Below are positions 1-13,400 of a stretch of 64,000 nt of DNA, piece by piece (the first letter of the stretch is position 1; the number at the start of each line of letters is the position of its first letter). The notes beneath the pieces are model-generated. The model searched no databases and had not been told where the DNA came from. It saw nothing but the letters and a program-made list of their open reading frames with translations. The DNA is taken from assembly GCF_964355755.1 (NCBI RefSeq), contig NC_092672.1, positions 27,720,437 to 27,784,436 of the forward strand, given 5' to 3'. A program made the position numbers and the translations under genes. Source of the DNA: Antedon mediterranea. Lineage: Eukaryota; Animalia; Echinodermata.

Positions 1-539
1 GCTTTATAACAGGTCAACTGTCATTTAGGCCCCCCGAATAGACATGTTTACATGTTAAAAATAAACAGTTATTTTATTTTAATTTGGTTTATATATTAAT
101 AATTATTTATTGATAACGAAAATTTATGTTATTTACTGATTTAGATTGTGATTCATTGCATATCAAAATAATAAATATACAATACAAATATGAAAGAAAT
201 ATGCATTTATGATTAAATATCTAATGTCACAGTACTATATAGCTTCTTTCTATTTAATATATTACAGATCTTTGACTAAGACATGCTAGGTAGGCTGCTA
301 GCCTTTAACCTGCTGATGAGGTAGCCTAGCCTATATATAATATAGGCCTAGCTAGGCCTGTAGCCTGGCCTACTCTGTACTCCTCTCTCCCAATATGAAT
401 GATTATTAAAAAAGCTTTAGGCCTAGGCTAGGCCTAATTTTTAATTAGGACCAGGAACAAGTAATTAATCAGCTTTATAACAGGTCAACTGTCACTGAGG
501 CCCCCCGAATATACATGTTTACGTGTTAAAAATAAACAG
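1..539. repeat. Direct repeat of about 68 bp (1-68 and 472-539) with a TAGGCCTA-rich spacer
   Basis: gctttataacaggtcaactgtca..ggccccccgaata..tgttaaaaataaacag occurs twice; possibly the core repeat of a HINE whose 5' end lies at about 1097 on the minus strand. Confidence 0.5.
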
Positions 540-1173
540 CCATTAGTCTTACACAGCTGGTTTTAACCACGCAATGGGGCCTGGGCATAGCCTATTATAA
601 GCTAGCGTAGGAAAAAATCCAGCCAGGCAATATGAATACGATCCTTGTTAAAACAGTCAAGGATAACTAAAAAATAAAGTATCCAACTAAATCAAAGAAT
701 TCAACAGAAAAAATTATTTTTAAACTGATATGGAAAACAACATTTATACCTACTTTTTAAATGTATCACTTGAGAAAAAAACTGGCGTTGGGTGTACAAT
801 TTTCAATTACATTACCTCTTAAAATCCACGTGATAAAACAACGACAACATGTTTTTCACCTTCATCCAGGGTTGTTCTAATGAATATTCATTATTTTTCT
901 GACTTTCGCGGTCTTTATTTGTTTTTATTGGCTATTAAAAAACAGTCGTTTTATGCTTGATTGCTTCCGGGTTCCTCATGTGGTTTGTATACAATATGTT
1001 TTCGGAATCGCTACTCCATAAAACGCTATGAAACGTTGGGGGCACTGCACTTAATTCATATTTCTGGAACAGCTGTGGCGTCCACGCGACTAAAAATGTT
1101 TGTATATGTTACATATACTATTCAATGTTTTAATTTAGACACACCAATATGTTTTATTGCATTTCATTAATAG

Positions 1174-1452
1174 ATAACAACAGTTCAATGATTGAATGCC
1201 CAACAAATACAACTTCAAACAATTATTTTGGAGAAGGAAATGGACTAATAGGTATCAGCACAGATGAAGGAAGTCCAAATGCCACAGTCACCTGGGATCA
1301 TCCTGTGACAAGTGGCAATGGAACAGTGACTGTGGTGTCATCACCATATGAGTCAGGTGACATGATACCAATCGGTACTCACACAATCACCTTTACAGCA
1401 ACTGATTCTTCTGGTAACATTGACATATGTGACTTTGGTCTTCAGGTTGTAG
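1174..1452 (+). CDS. aGPCR exon 1 in window, HYR type A
   Basis: tag|AT...G|gtaaaa, 279 bp, phase 1-1; CP..VTW..IPIGTHTITFTATDSSGN..C. Confidence 0.88.
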
Positions 1453-4400
1453 GTAAAATATTATCTGTTTTCATAAAATAGTATTGTTAAAAGTACGGTA
1501 ATTGATTTAGCTAGTAATTGTAATATATAAAATAGTACTTTTTTCCCCTTGTTAATTTACAACATAATTTACTAATCGGAAATTCTGCTGACTGGGTTCA
1601 TGATCTATTGAACAAGTGTCTATAGTTGATTTTTTTTAATTTTTATTTTAGATAACGAAGATCCAATTATCAAAAATTGTCCAAACGATACAACAGTAAA
1701 CACTACTAATGGACTACCAACTGCTACTGTGTCTTGGATAGAACCCACAGCAACTGACAATTCTGGCTCAACATTTGTTATAAATACCATTAAAACAAGA
1801 AGTATGTTCCCAATAGGCAATAGCCTGGTAACATACACAGCATATGACTTTCCACAATTTAACACTGCTATCTGTTCCTTTATTGTTACAGTTAAAGGTA
1901 TGTGTGTTTCATGAAATAAATAACTATTGTTGATCCACTTGATTTGTTTATTATGAATTCGCCTTTCTTTATTATATACCGTATGGTAAATTAACACACA
2001 AAAAATGAGTCAACTGTTTACATAATAAAATCGAGAAATACTTTTCGACGAGGTATAACGAGAAACAAATTTGATCCAGTATATCCAGTATTAAATAATA
2101 ATTGTTATCATTAATTTTTATAGATCCTGAATCACCAGATATTATCAATTGTCCAATGGATATGACTGTTAACACAACAACCGGTGAGGCATTTACAATC
2201 AATGTCACATGGGTTGAACCGACAGCTACCGATAACTCTGGAGAGACTTCTGTACCAGTAGCAGACTACACTCCCGGTGATAATATGTTTCCAATTGGAG
2301 ACACAACAGTCCAGTACAATGTATCAGATTCCTATGGCAACTACAATGAAAGATGCAGTTTTGTTATCACTGTTGAAGGTAGGTTTTGATCACACTACTG
2401 TAGGTAGGCAATTTAAATTTAGCAAACGTTGTTTATTAAAAATATAGTGGCGGCATCTTGTGTGTTTATAGTTTGTAAACATAATATACTAGATGTTACA
2501 TTTATACATTTTAGTAAAGAGGGAAACTTTTTAATAAAATATATATCATGTAACTGTATCACAACATATTTGATCTTCACCTGTATCTGCACAATTCTTT
2601 CTTTGTTCTTTATCAGTACCTTGATTGATAATTCTATATCTAGTCTGTACAATTCTCTCTTTCCGTCAACATTTTGATTCTGATTTTCTTAAAATGTTAG
2701 CAGTATGACCAGTAACCCTCCAATTTACGGGGCTTCAAAGGTCACATAATGGTAATAATGTATAGCTTATGATGTGTTCAGAGATTTAAGATCATAAATC
2801 AGGAAAATGTTAGTTTAGTATTATTTTTAGAAGAGTGAGGCGCAATACTAAAATGATCCTGAAAAAGGCTAATGCTTATTATAAAGTTAGACCACTCAGA
2901 AAGATACATTAATACAAATAACAGGCTAGCATGTTAACAGTTGATTATATCAAACAATATACTTCTGTTACAAACACATAGTAGGCCTACCATTACTTTC
3001 TTTTTCATAAATGCATTTTGATAAAGTAGTACTTTTTCCCTTGTTAATTTGCAACACAATTTACTAATCGGAAATTCTGCTGACTGGGTTCATGTTCTAT
3101 TGAACAAGTGTCTATAGTTGATATTTTTTTTTATTATATCAGATAACGAAGATCCAATTATCAAAAATTGTCCAAACGATACAACAGTAAACACTACTAA
3201 TGGATTACCAACTGCTACTGTGTCTTGGATAGAACCCACAGCAACTGACAATTCTGGCTTCAGATTATTTATAAATACCATTACATCAGAAAGTATGTTC
3301 CCAATAGGCGATAGCCTGGTAACATACACAGCAGTTGACCTTTCACAATTTAACACTGCTATCTGTTCCTTTATTGTTACAGTTAAAGGTATGTTTGTTT
3401 CCTGAAATAAATAACTATTGTTGATCCACTTCACTTGATTTGTTTATTAAAAAAATGAGTCAACTGTTTACATAATAAAATCGAGAAATACTTTTCAACG
3501 AGGTATAACGAAAAACAAATGTGATCCAGTATATCCAGTATTAAATAATAATTGTTATCATTAATTTGTATAGATCCTGAATCACCAGATATTATCAATT
3601 GTCCAATGGATATGATTGTTAACACAACAACTGGTGAGGTATTTGCAATCAATGTCACATGGGTTGAACCGACAGCTACAGATAACTCTGGAGAGACTCC
3701 TGTACCAGTAGCAGATTACACTCCCGGTGATAATATGTTTCCAATTGGCGACACAACAGTCCAATACAATGTATCAGACTCCTTTGGCAACTACAATGAA
3801 AGATGCAGTTTTGTTATCACTGTTGAAGGTAGGTTTTTATCAAACTACTGTAGGAAGGCAAAACGAGAAACAAATAAAAACAGCTTTTCTTTTTGTTGAT
3901 TTGTGTTAATTGATCAACTATTGTATTTTTATCCAACAGCTTCTTTATTTAGTTCAAATTAGCATGATTATTATCATAAAAATCTCTACAATACTTCACT
4001 TCTCTTGGAATACACTCTATGAGCTTTCCAACGCTGCCTTTCACATGCTACTCTATCTACGTACAATGTTGTGTTAAAAATGTTCTTGTTGACAATTAAA
4101 TTGTCCTGTGTTAATCGTATATTATGCGAGCTGAAACTTCAGGTCAAATTTAAATGTTCGATTTCTTTTTTAAAATTACATTTCATTTCAAAATTCTGTT
4201 TTCATATTTTATGAGATAAGTTTAAATTTACCTTTAATTCAGTTTACCTTATTGTAACAGTTGCATCCATGTTGTTGTTGTCTCTCACTGCATACTTTTA
4301 TTGATGATTATTGTTTTCCTTCAGACTAGTTCTTATATTTTCATTAATAGATAATGAACGTCCAATGGTTGAATGCCCCAAAAATATCACTTCAAGCAAT

Positions 4401-7400
4401 TATATTGGAGAAGATAATGGACTAGTTGGTGTTAGCACAGGTAAAGGAAGTCCAAATGCCACAGTCACCTGGGATCCTCCTTTGGCAAGTGACAATAGTA
4501 ATGAAACAGTGACTGTTGTGCCATCATCATATGAGTCAGGTGACATGATCCCAATTGGTATTCACACAATCACCTTTACAGCAACTGATTCTTCTGGTAA
4601 TATTGGCACATGTGACTTTAACATCAAGATTGAAGGTACAAAAAATGTATACGCTTTATTTAAGAATCTAGTAAATGTATCATTAACAATTCAATAATAA
4701 ATAAAATAAAAAGTATGACTGATGTAGCCTAATATTAAAAGACTACTATTGGAAACTAAATACTATTTAAGTGTACTATTATACAGATATTGCCTGCTTA
4801 GAGGTTAAATATAAGATTTGACATCCCCAAGGGAATGATATTTTGTTCGAGGGAATATATATTTCCCGAAGCGCTAGCTGAGGGAAATATATATTCCCCG
4901 AGAACATAATATCATTCCCAAGGGGTTGTCGAAATCTTATATTTTACCGATATAAAAGGCGATATCTTATATTACATAGCTAACAACAAGTTGAATATCT
5001 ACTACTGGGTCGGGTGCTAGATAGGCCTCCTTGTAATAAGTCTGCCTAGTTAGGCGTTGCATTCACCTTACCTTGCAAAGAATAATATACAGATAATTAC
5101 TAATTAATGATTCCTTGGCAATACAATATTCACTTAGGCCTAGGTCGTTTAAATTAAAAGAATAATTTCCATCAATAAGCCTAAATTAATAATAATATTA
5201 TTATTATCAGGTAAGCCTAGGCCGAATAAATAATAAGTCGTCTTCTTCAAGGAGCCGAATCACCGGATGTTCAGCGCGCCGCGCGTACCAGGTTACTACT
5301 GAGATTATTAACCAATCACAAACGGTCTTTCATCACATCTAGGGAGGACTAATAGCAAATGTGAGCGCTATGTATGCATAGTTTAAATAGTTTAGTTGAT
5401 TAATTTCTTCAACTACGGAAGTTGCGTTGCGCAATGGATGAAACGTTGTCTTTGTGATGGTGTGACAAATCATCGCGAGTGAAGTAGATGACTTTTGTTT
5501 ATTTATCGCCAAACCCGAGTGTTGCCACACGAAAAATTACACAGTCAATATCATCGTACTCGAGAATTTACTGGATTTTGTATGTTTAATTGACAGGGAC
5601 ACGATAATTACGCGAAAATTACTCAATCAATATTATCGTACTCGAGGATATATATGATTTACGATCCTCGCAGTTGTAGTCATGTGATGCAGTTTCAACT
5701 AATCACGTTCACGTATTTACATGTAATATTTCAAATTAAAAGACAGCATGTTAATAACATTTATCTTTACATTACTCTTTGTTTGATACATTTATAACTT
5801 GCTATCCTTTTAGTTATTTCAGTTGTATGTTGCCTGTGCGTATTTTTAGTCGCGTGCAACGCGACTCTACAGCTCACTATATCGGTCGATTGGTCGGTTG
5901 GTCGGTAAACACTAACTTGAGCACGCGACTGCAGCCATGTATATGGCCTTGTTTTCACACATTGCACAAACAACGATTTCTTTCCACGCACATATTTCAA
6001 CTCTCCCATGGCGATGCGTTTGCGGCAACAACCTAATTAAAGGCCGATACAAAAGTTCCTGCAGAAATAAGTTGAAACAATTCGCCTCGAGATTAAAATA
6101 AAATTTAACCGATAATTATCTTATTCAAATCAGATAATTATCTGACAAAACTTAACAATATTAATTGTAGGTATTGTTCACTGGTTTTTTCGGTAATGAT
6201 TGATCGTGCGCACGACCTTTTTTTTTTAAATTTTCTAATTGGTTATTATTAATAATTGGTTAATATTATGGCCGCGGAAACATGGCCTTCTCGTCTTGTT
6301 GAAGAGTTTAAATCTACCTAGTTTTGTTTAAAATATAAATTATTTAGGGTTTATTGTTTTACTTTCATATGTTTCATTTAGTTGAACCAACATTTAAACA
6401 TGCTTGGAACCTTTTTTTTTACAAATAGCTAATTTGTTCATAGTCTTTAGCCGTTTCGTACATCAATGCAATTTCGTTTTGTGATGTAAAAGATGCTTTT
6501 ATTCTATCTATTTTGGTAGCTTCAAAATTTCCTAATGACTTTGTATTTAAGTTGCACACTTCATTTAAAATAACACTATTATTAATTTTTAGATCAAGAA
6601 GCTCCAGATATTATCAATTGTCCAATGAATATGACTGTTAACACAACAACTGGTGAGGCATTTGCTATCAATATTACATGGGTTGAACCGACAGCTACTG
6701 ATAACTCTGGAGAATTTATTGAGCTAGAATCAAACTACACTTCTGGTAATATTATGTTTCCAATTGGTGACACAGCAGTCCAGTACAATTTCTCAGATTC
6801 ATCTGGTAACTTCAATGACAGCTGTGTTTTTGTTATCACTGTTGAAGGTAGGAAATACGTTTTTCTCAACTCGGACGTACGTGCACTTACAATTGAGTAA
6901 CCTGTACAGTTACGTAAGACAGAGTTGACCAATAAACATACTCCATGTTGCAAATCTACTTAGTAGTAGTAATTGTAATTATCATCAGCTAATGTTTAAT
7001 TTGAGGTTCTAGTTAACAAAACAGGAGTTTGAAACATGCATTCTCTATCCTGGAAAGTATTCTAATAATCAATTTCAAATTTCAACAATAGCAAAATTAT
7101 TAGCCAAATTCTGAACTTTCTTCCACCAGGTAGCCTAGTAGGTAATGAGTGTACTACGAGAATAATGTTGTTACTAATTTTTTTTTTTGCTTAGATGTTT
7201 TGTGTAACATTGACCATTGTTTAAACAAAATTTTATTTCCTTTTCTGTTATATAAACATTCTTCTTTTTACTAAGTTACTTAGATATGTATGGGTATGTT
7301 TTTAATATTTAAAAAATAATACAATCTAATTTGATATGATCTCACTTGATATTTTAATATGAATTAAATTGTATTGATTAACTTTGGTAACATTTAAAAA

Positions 7401-10400
7401 AATAGTGCAATTCAACGATTCAAAGTTATGTTTACAATGTTTCGGAATTTTTGATATGCGATGATATTTTGTTTGCACGTTTCTTTGTTTTTTTTTTACT
7501 TTATTATTTTTGTTTCGACTTATCAGCATATAATATGAAATCAATTTACTTAAATAAAAATGAGCATCAATAAAGTACAATACAACGAGGAAAATAAGAA
7601 ACATTTGTTTGCAACATTTATTGTCAGAATATTGGATGATTATTTAAATGTGTTATTTGCACGCACACATTTGAATAATCAACATGCTTCACTATCTACT
7701 CATACACAATTTTACATTTTTAAAGATATGACAATCATTTTTTATCCTATTTAAACATCTTAAAAAAAATTGAAGGTACATTTTTCATAGTTTTAATTAA
7801 GTTTTAAATCAATTAAAAATAGTATTTTAATGTTATTTATAACTAAAAATAAAATCATAAGCATTGATAGTTTATCTGATGTTGTTTTTAAATGTTAAAC
7901 GTGTGATGTCGCAATATTTAAATTTGCTTTTCTCAGTTAAAATGTCTTTATCTTTATTGATGTTTCTCTAACAGAACATTCTATATTTTAGATAACGAAC
8001 GTCCAATGATTACCTGCCCAACAAATGTCACTTCAAACAATTATATTGGATTAGATAAAGGACTAGTAAGTGTCAGAACAGATGAAGGAAGTCCAAATGC
8101 CACAGTCACCTGGGATCTTCCTTTGGCAAGTGATAATAGTAATGAAACAGTGACTGTTGTGTCATCGTCATATATATCAGGAGACATGATTCCAATTGGT
8201 ATTTACCCAATCACCTTTACAGCAGATGATTCCTCTGGTAATATTGACACATGTGACTTTACTATCAAAGTTAAAGGTAAAAATACAATTTTTTAAAGAA
8301 TTGTGTAAATGTGTTATTAACGACCAAACAAATGAAAAATGTGAATGATGCAATACGAATATTATTTGACACCAAATACTAAACCTACTTGTAGTCACTA
8401 TAATATATTATCACTTCTTTGTTCACATGATGTAAATAAAGTTGAGGAGTCTGATTTTAATTTACGAAAATGAGAATGTTTAAAGTTATACACGTTTCCC
8501 CTGAAAATTTCAACAATAACCGCCTTTTTAAAATCAAACTTTTCTTTCATATTTAGGTTATATTATGAATTTTTCACAGTTCATTTAACATAACATTATC
8601 ATTAACGTTTAGATCAAGAAGCTCCAGATATTATCAACTGTCCAATGAATATGATTGTTAACACAACAACTGGTGAGGAATTTGGAATTAATATCACATG
8701 GGTTGAACCGACAGGTACTGATAACTCTGGAGAATTTATTGAGCTAGAATCAAAGTACACTTCTGGTTATATTATGTTTCCAATTGGTGACACAACAGTC
8801 CAGTACAATGTCTCAGATTCATCTGGTAACTTCAATGAAAGCTGTGTTTTTGTTATCACTGTTGAAGGTATGAAATACGTTTTTCTCAACTCTGACGTAC
8901 GTGCACTTACAATAATTTAGTAAAAATAGTACATTTAAACGATGTAAATAAGGAACACACAATATTGTGTTTGCACGGTTTTTTTTTTTTAACTTTATTA
9001 TTTTTGTTTCGACTTATCAGCATATAATATGAAATCAATTTACTTAAATAAAAATATGTATCAATAAAGTACAATACAACGAGGTAAATAAGAAACATTT
9101 GTTTGCAACATTTATTAGCTGAATGTTGGATGATTATTTAAATGTGTTATTTGCACGCACACAAATTGTTTGAATAATCAACATGATCAGTCACACGCTT
9201 CACTATCTACTCACACACAATTTTACATTTTTAAAGATATGACAATCATTTTTTATCATATTTAAATCATAAAAAAATTGAAGGTACATTTTTCATAGTT
9301 TTAATTATCTGGTTTTTTTTTTATTGTCTGTAAAAATCAAAGATTTTGTGGCAGATGTAACAAAATGGATTTCTCTCAAATTTTTACCATGAATAGACAT
9401 TTCAATAAAAAGCATATCTACAACATTCATTTAATTTTTAGCCTCCGTTGCCATGACAACGGTCAATTCTCCAAATGTTGATGTTTTTGCCATTTTTCAC
9501 AGATTTTCTATAGTGAAAAAGTACAAACTTGTATACTTATTTTAACCAAAAATACTTACAGTATACAGTTTTTGTTTATAGCAGTGTAAACAACATGTAT
9601 TGAGTTCCATTTAAAGTAGAAAAAAACAAGGCCAACAGCCATTAAGTCGCGTGCTACAATGCATGGTGATACCGGACCGACATACAGACCGATAGACCGA
9701 CAGACAGACCGACAGACAGACCGACAGACCGAAAGACAGACAGACCGACCGACATAGTGAACTATACTGACCGAAATTACTGAACATGTTTAAAAATGTT
9801 GAAATGTTTAAAAACATTTATATTTTTTTAATTTACACGTGCGTAGCCTGTCACTTTCGACGTGCTCGTATAACGTAATTTCGAGTTGAAAAGTAAGTCA
9901 AGAAAACAGAAATCGAGCAAAAAGAGTGCGTAATAACATTTAACACGCAGTGTGCGCGCAAAAATATGCGCACTCATGGCAATTTTGTAAACGCTTAAAA
10001 TTGCCTGAAATGTACTCTTATTTCATCGAAAATAAATTTTGAAAATTTTAAGCGCGCGTACGCATGCGTTACATGCGCTACGCACGTAATTGTTTTGCCA
10101 TATGATGATTTATGCCCTGAAATTTATGAGTACCAAATTTTATTTAATTGTGATTCATGGTTGTGAAGATATGATTACAAACGTGATTTTGTTAAATCGT
10201 GCGTAGACCGCGTAATTTTTTATTGCGCACCGTGAAAACATAACCACATTGATTCCTGGCCATAAGGAATATACTGTGAAAAATTGACCTAGCTAGATTA
10301 AACTGATATCAAGATAAGGTCAGAAAGCGATAAAACGCATAGTGATACCGGACCGACAGACAGACAGACCGACAGACAGACCGACAGACAGACCGACCGA

Positions 10401-13400
10401 CCGACATAGTGAACTATAGAGTCGCTTCCACGCGACTAAAAATTACAAAATGGAGTTTGGTTGATACCATTATTTTAAAAAGGGGTGTTTTTAAAAAAAT
10501 ATTTAAAATTCAAAATCACGTATTGTGGCTATATACGATATTCTTAAACGAAACGAGCCTCTCAATTTTCCAGCTAATTGTAGGCCTATTATTATTTATA
10601 ATCAGGTGGTTTAGAATTTTTTAGCATTTTCAGACAACATTTTAAAAGCTTTTATCATATGAAAAATGGTCGGTCAAAATCTGTGTAGTTTTCTCATCTC
10701 TTCACAGTAATGTTTTTAAAACCTCTTCAAAATAAAGCTAATATATAAAGAAATACAATAAACATGCACCTCTAATTCATAGGTCCATGCATTAAGTATC
10801 ACATTTTTCGATTGGCCGCTTACAAAAAATCTAATTTTTAGTATAAAAAGGTGCCCGCAGCTGCTTACGGTAAGAACCAAATGCACTAATTAGATAGGAA
10901 GAACAAACAGGCTTTTCAAAGTGCGTCCGTTAAGGGATGTGGCCGCTGTAAATAAAATATGGGGTTTTCATGAATAAAAATAATCACAGAAGAAAGTGCT
11001 TACGAATATGACCTTGTGAAACGGTAATTTGAAAATGCAAATAAGGCATGCCTGCTAATAATCTACAAATTTAAATTTGTATAAGATAAATATGCAAAAT
11101 CTAAAGAATATCTCAATTTTAGTTACCATAGTAACTGTTGCTATGCATAACTAAGGGAAATTAAATAATTATCAGATAATTATTAATTAATAATTAATAC
11201 TGAATCCAACCATCACAGTAAAAAAAATATAGAATTTAAAACCAATATTTAATAATAAAGTGTGATATGTTACATGCTGACCTTAAATGAAATAAAATTT
11301 CACATCAGGGCTTCAATATTTGTTATGTAGCATTAACATACCTGAGTATATCATTGACTTTTGATTGGTTCTATTTTGGGGAGGGGAAAGTGGTGGATCC
11401 AGGACTTTTAAATAGTTAGGGGGTTGAAGGCGAGGGTCTAAAAACTTAACTTTATGTCCTATCTTTTGCATTGCAATTTTTAACTTGGGGTGGGTGGGGG
11501 CTTGGAGAAAGGGGGAGGGGGTGGGATGGATGAGTTTGAATCCGTCTATTCATTGGGGCGATAGTAGCGGCAGTGTGGGTGGTGCTTGAATGCATGCATT
11601 TGACACTCTATAGTGGATGATCGACCAAAGTGTTGCAGTTTATCTGTTTGTGGTTATAGTCGGGGTGGGGGGGGGGGGGGGTGGGGTGGTAGTCGAAAGT
11701 GGTGGTGGAAGGGCATGTGAGATCTGCTTAGGTTAGCAAATAAAAGAAGTAAACAAATGAAAGAGGAGGTTCAAAATAAGAGAGGAGACTGTAATCTGTT
11801 GCAAAGATTAAGATTCACAACGATCTGATAATTTATTCAAATTTCCGGAGGATATAACCTATAAAATGACATTAAAAATGGGAATTACAGAATCTATAAT
11901 TAAAAATTTTTTTTTTTTCTCACAACACAACTAGAACTATATAAAACATTAAGAATTTTTCTGACCAATGGGTTTCAAATCAAATAATCAAAGAAAATAA
12001 AATGTTCTTACTAATATACCATGTTTTTATTTTATAAAAATGCCTATGTTTCTCGCAACACTGCTTGTAGATTTTAAAATTACCCCAGTATTTTATTTTA
12101 GAAATCAATTATTAAACATTAGAACTACCTATTTGTAATAAATCAGCTAAAAAAATACACCACTTTGGGCGTTATGGTAAAGTAAAGTTTAGTTGCAATG
12201 AACAATTTAAAAAAAGTGAAAACACCCCTTTTTAAATAAATGGTATCTCCCAAAGTATGAAATAAAAAAAAAAAAAAATATGAAACAGGTACACAATGCA
12301 TTGTTATTATGCATACACTAATTATTTTTAGTCGCGTGGAAGCGACTCTATAGTTCACTATGTCGGTCGGTCGGTCTGTCTGTCGGTCTGTCTGTCTGTC
12401 GGTCCGGTATCACTATGCGTTTTATCGCTTTCTGACCTTATCTTGATATCAGTTTAATCTAGCTAGGTCAATTTTTTACAGTATATTCCTTATGGCCAGG
12501 AATCAATGTGGTTATGTTTTCACGGTGCGCAATAACAAATTACGCGGTCTACGCACGATTTAACGAAATCACGTTTGTAATCATATCTTCACAACCATGA
12601 ATCACAATTGAATAAAATTTGGTACTCATAAATTTCAGGGCATAAATCATCATATGGCAATACAATTACGTGCGTAGCGCATGTAACGCATGCGTACGCG
12701 CGCTTAACATTTTCAAAATTTATTTTCGATGAAATAAGAGTACATTTCAGGCAATTTTAAGCGTTTACAAAATTGCCATGAGTGCGCATATTTTTGCGCG
12801 CGCACTGCGCGTTAAATGTTATTGCGCACTCTTTTTGCCCGATTTCTGTTTTCTTGACTTACTTTTCAACTCGAAATTACGTTATACGAGCACGTCGAAA
12901 GTGACAGGCTACGCACGTGTAAATTAAAAAAAAAATGTTTTTAAACATTTCAACATTTTTAAACATGTTCAGTAATTTCGGTCAGTATAGTTCACTATGT
13001 CGGTCGGTCGGTCGGTCTCTCTATCTGTCTGTCTGTCGGTCTGTCGGTCTGTCTGTCGGTCTGTCTGTCGGTCCGGTATCACTATGCATTGTAGCACGCG
13101 ACTTAATGGCTGTTGGCCTTGTTTATAATTAAATGAACAAAACAAAAATATCGTTCATCAAAGTAGTACCAGTATCCATTTTAAAAAAACCTTAAATAAG
13201 AACAAAATTTGTCAAAAACACAAATTTGGCCGTTGCCATGGAAATATACGTGTGAAATAAAAAATACTTCATATTTGATTTCTCTCAACACATAGCCATT
13301 TTTTTTGTGTCTGCCACTCTTTTTGATATTTCTTTGATTCTTACAGACAATGGCTCTTAAGTTTTAAATCAATTAAAAATAGTATTTTGATGTTATTTGT

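Larger units (their letters stand above)
9305..13356. mobile_element. About 4 kb non-autonomous TIR element at a TTAA site (Kolobok-like), carrying nested HINEs
   Basis: Paralogous introns read catagttttaattaagttttaaatc uninterrupted. Subterminal IR attgtctgtaaaaatcaaaga (9323-9343) pairs with tctttgattcttacagacaat (13331-13351). Right end GGCTC|TTAA; left tip degraded. Confidence 0.6.

Noticed and set aside
309-345. CTGATGAG as a possible hammerhead ribozyme core
   Set aside because: No stem II followed by GAAA and no closing helices found.
9611-13132. ORFs with CLSVCRSV repeats and MNYRVASTRLK
   Set aside because: Translations of HINE microsatellite and subTIR sequence.
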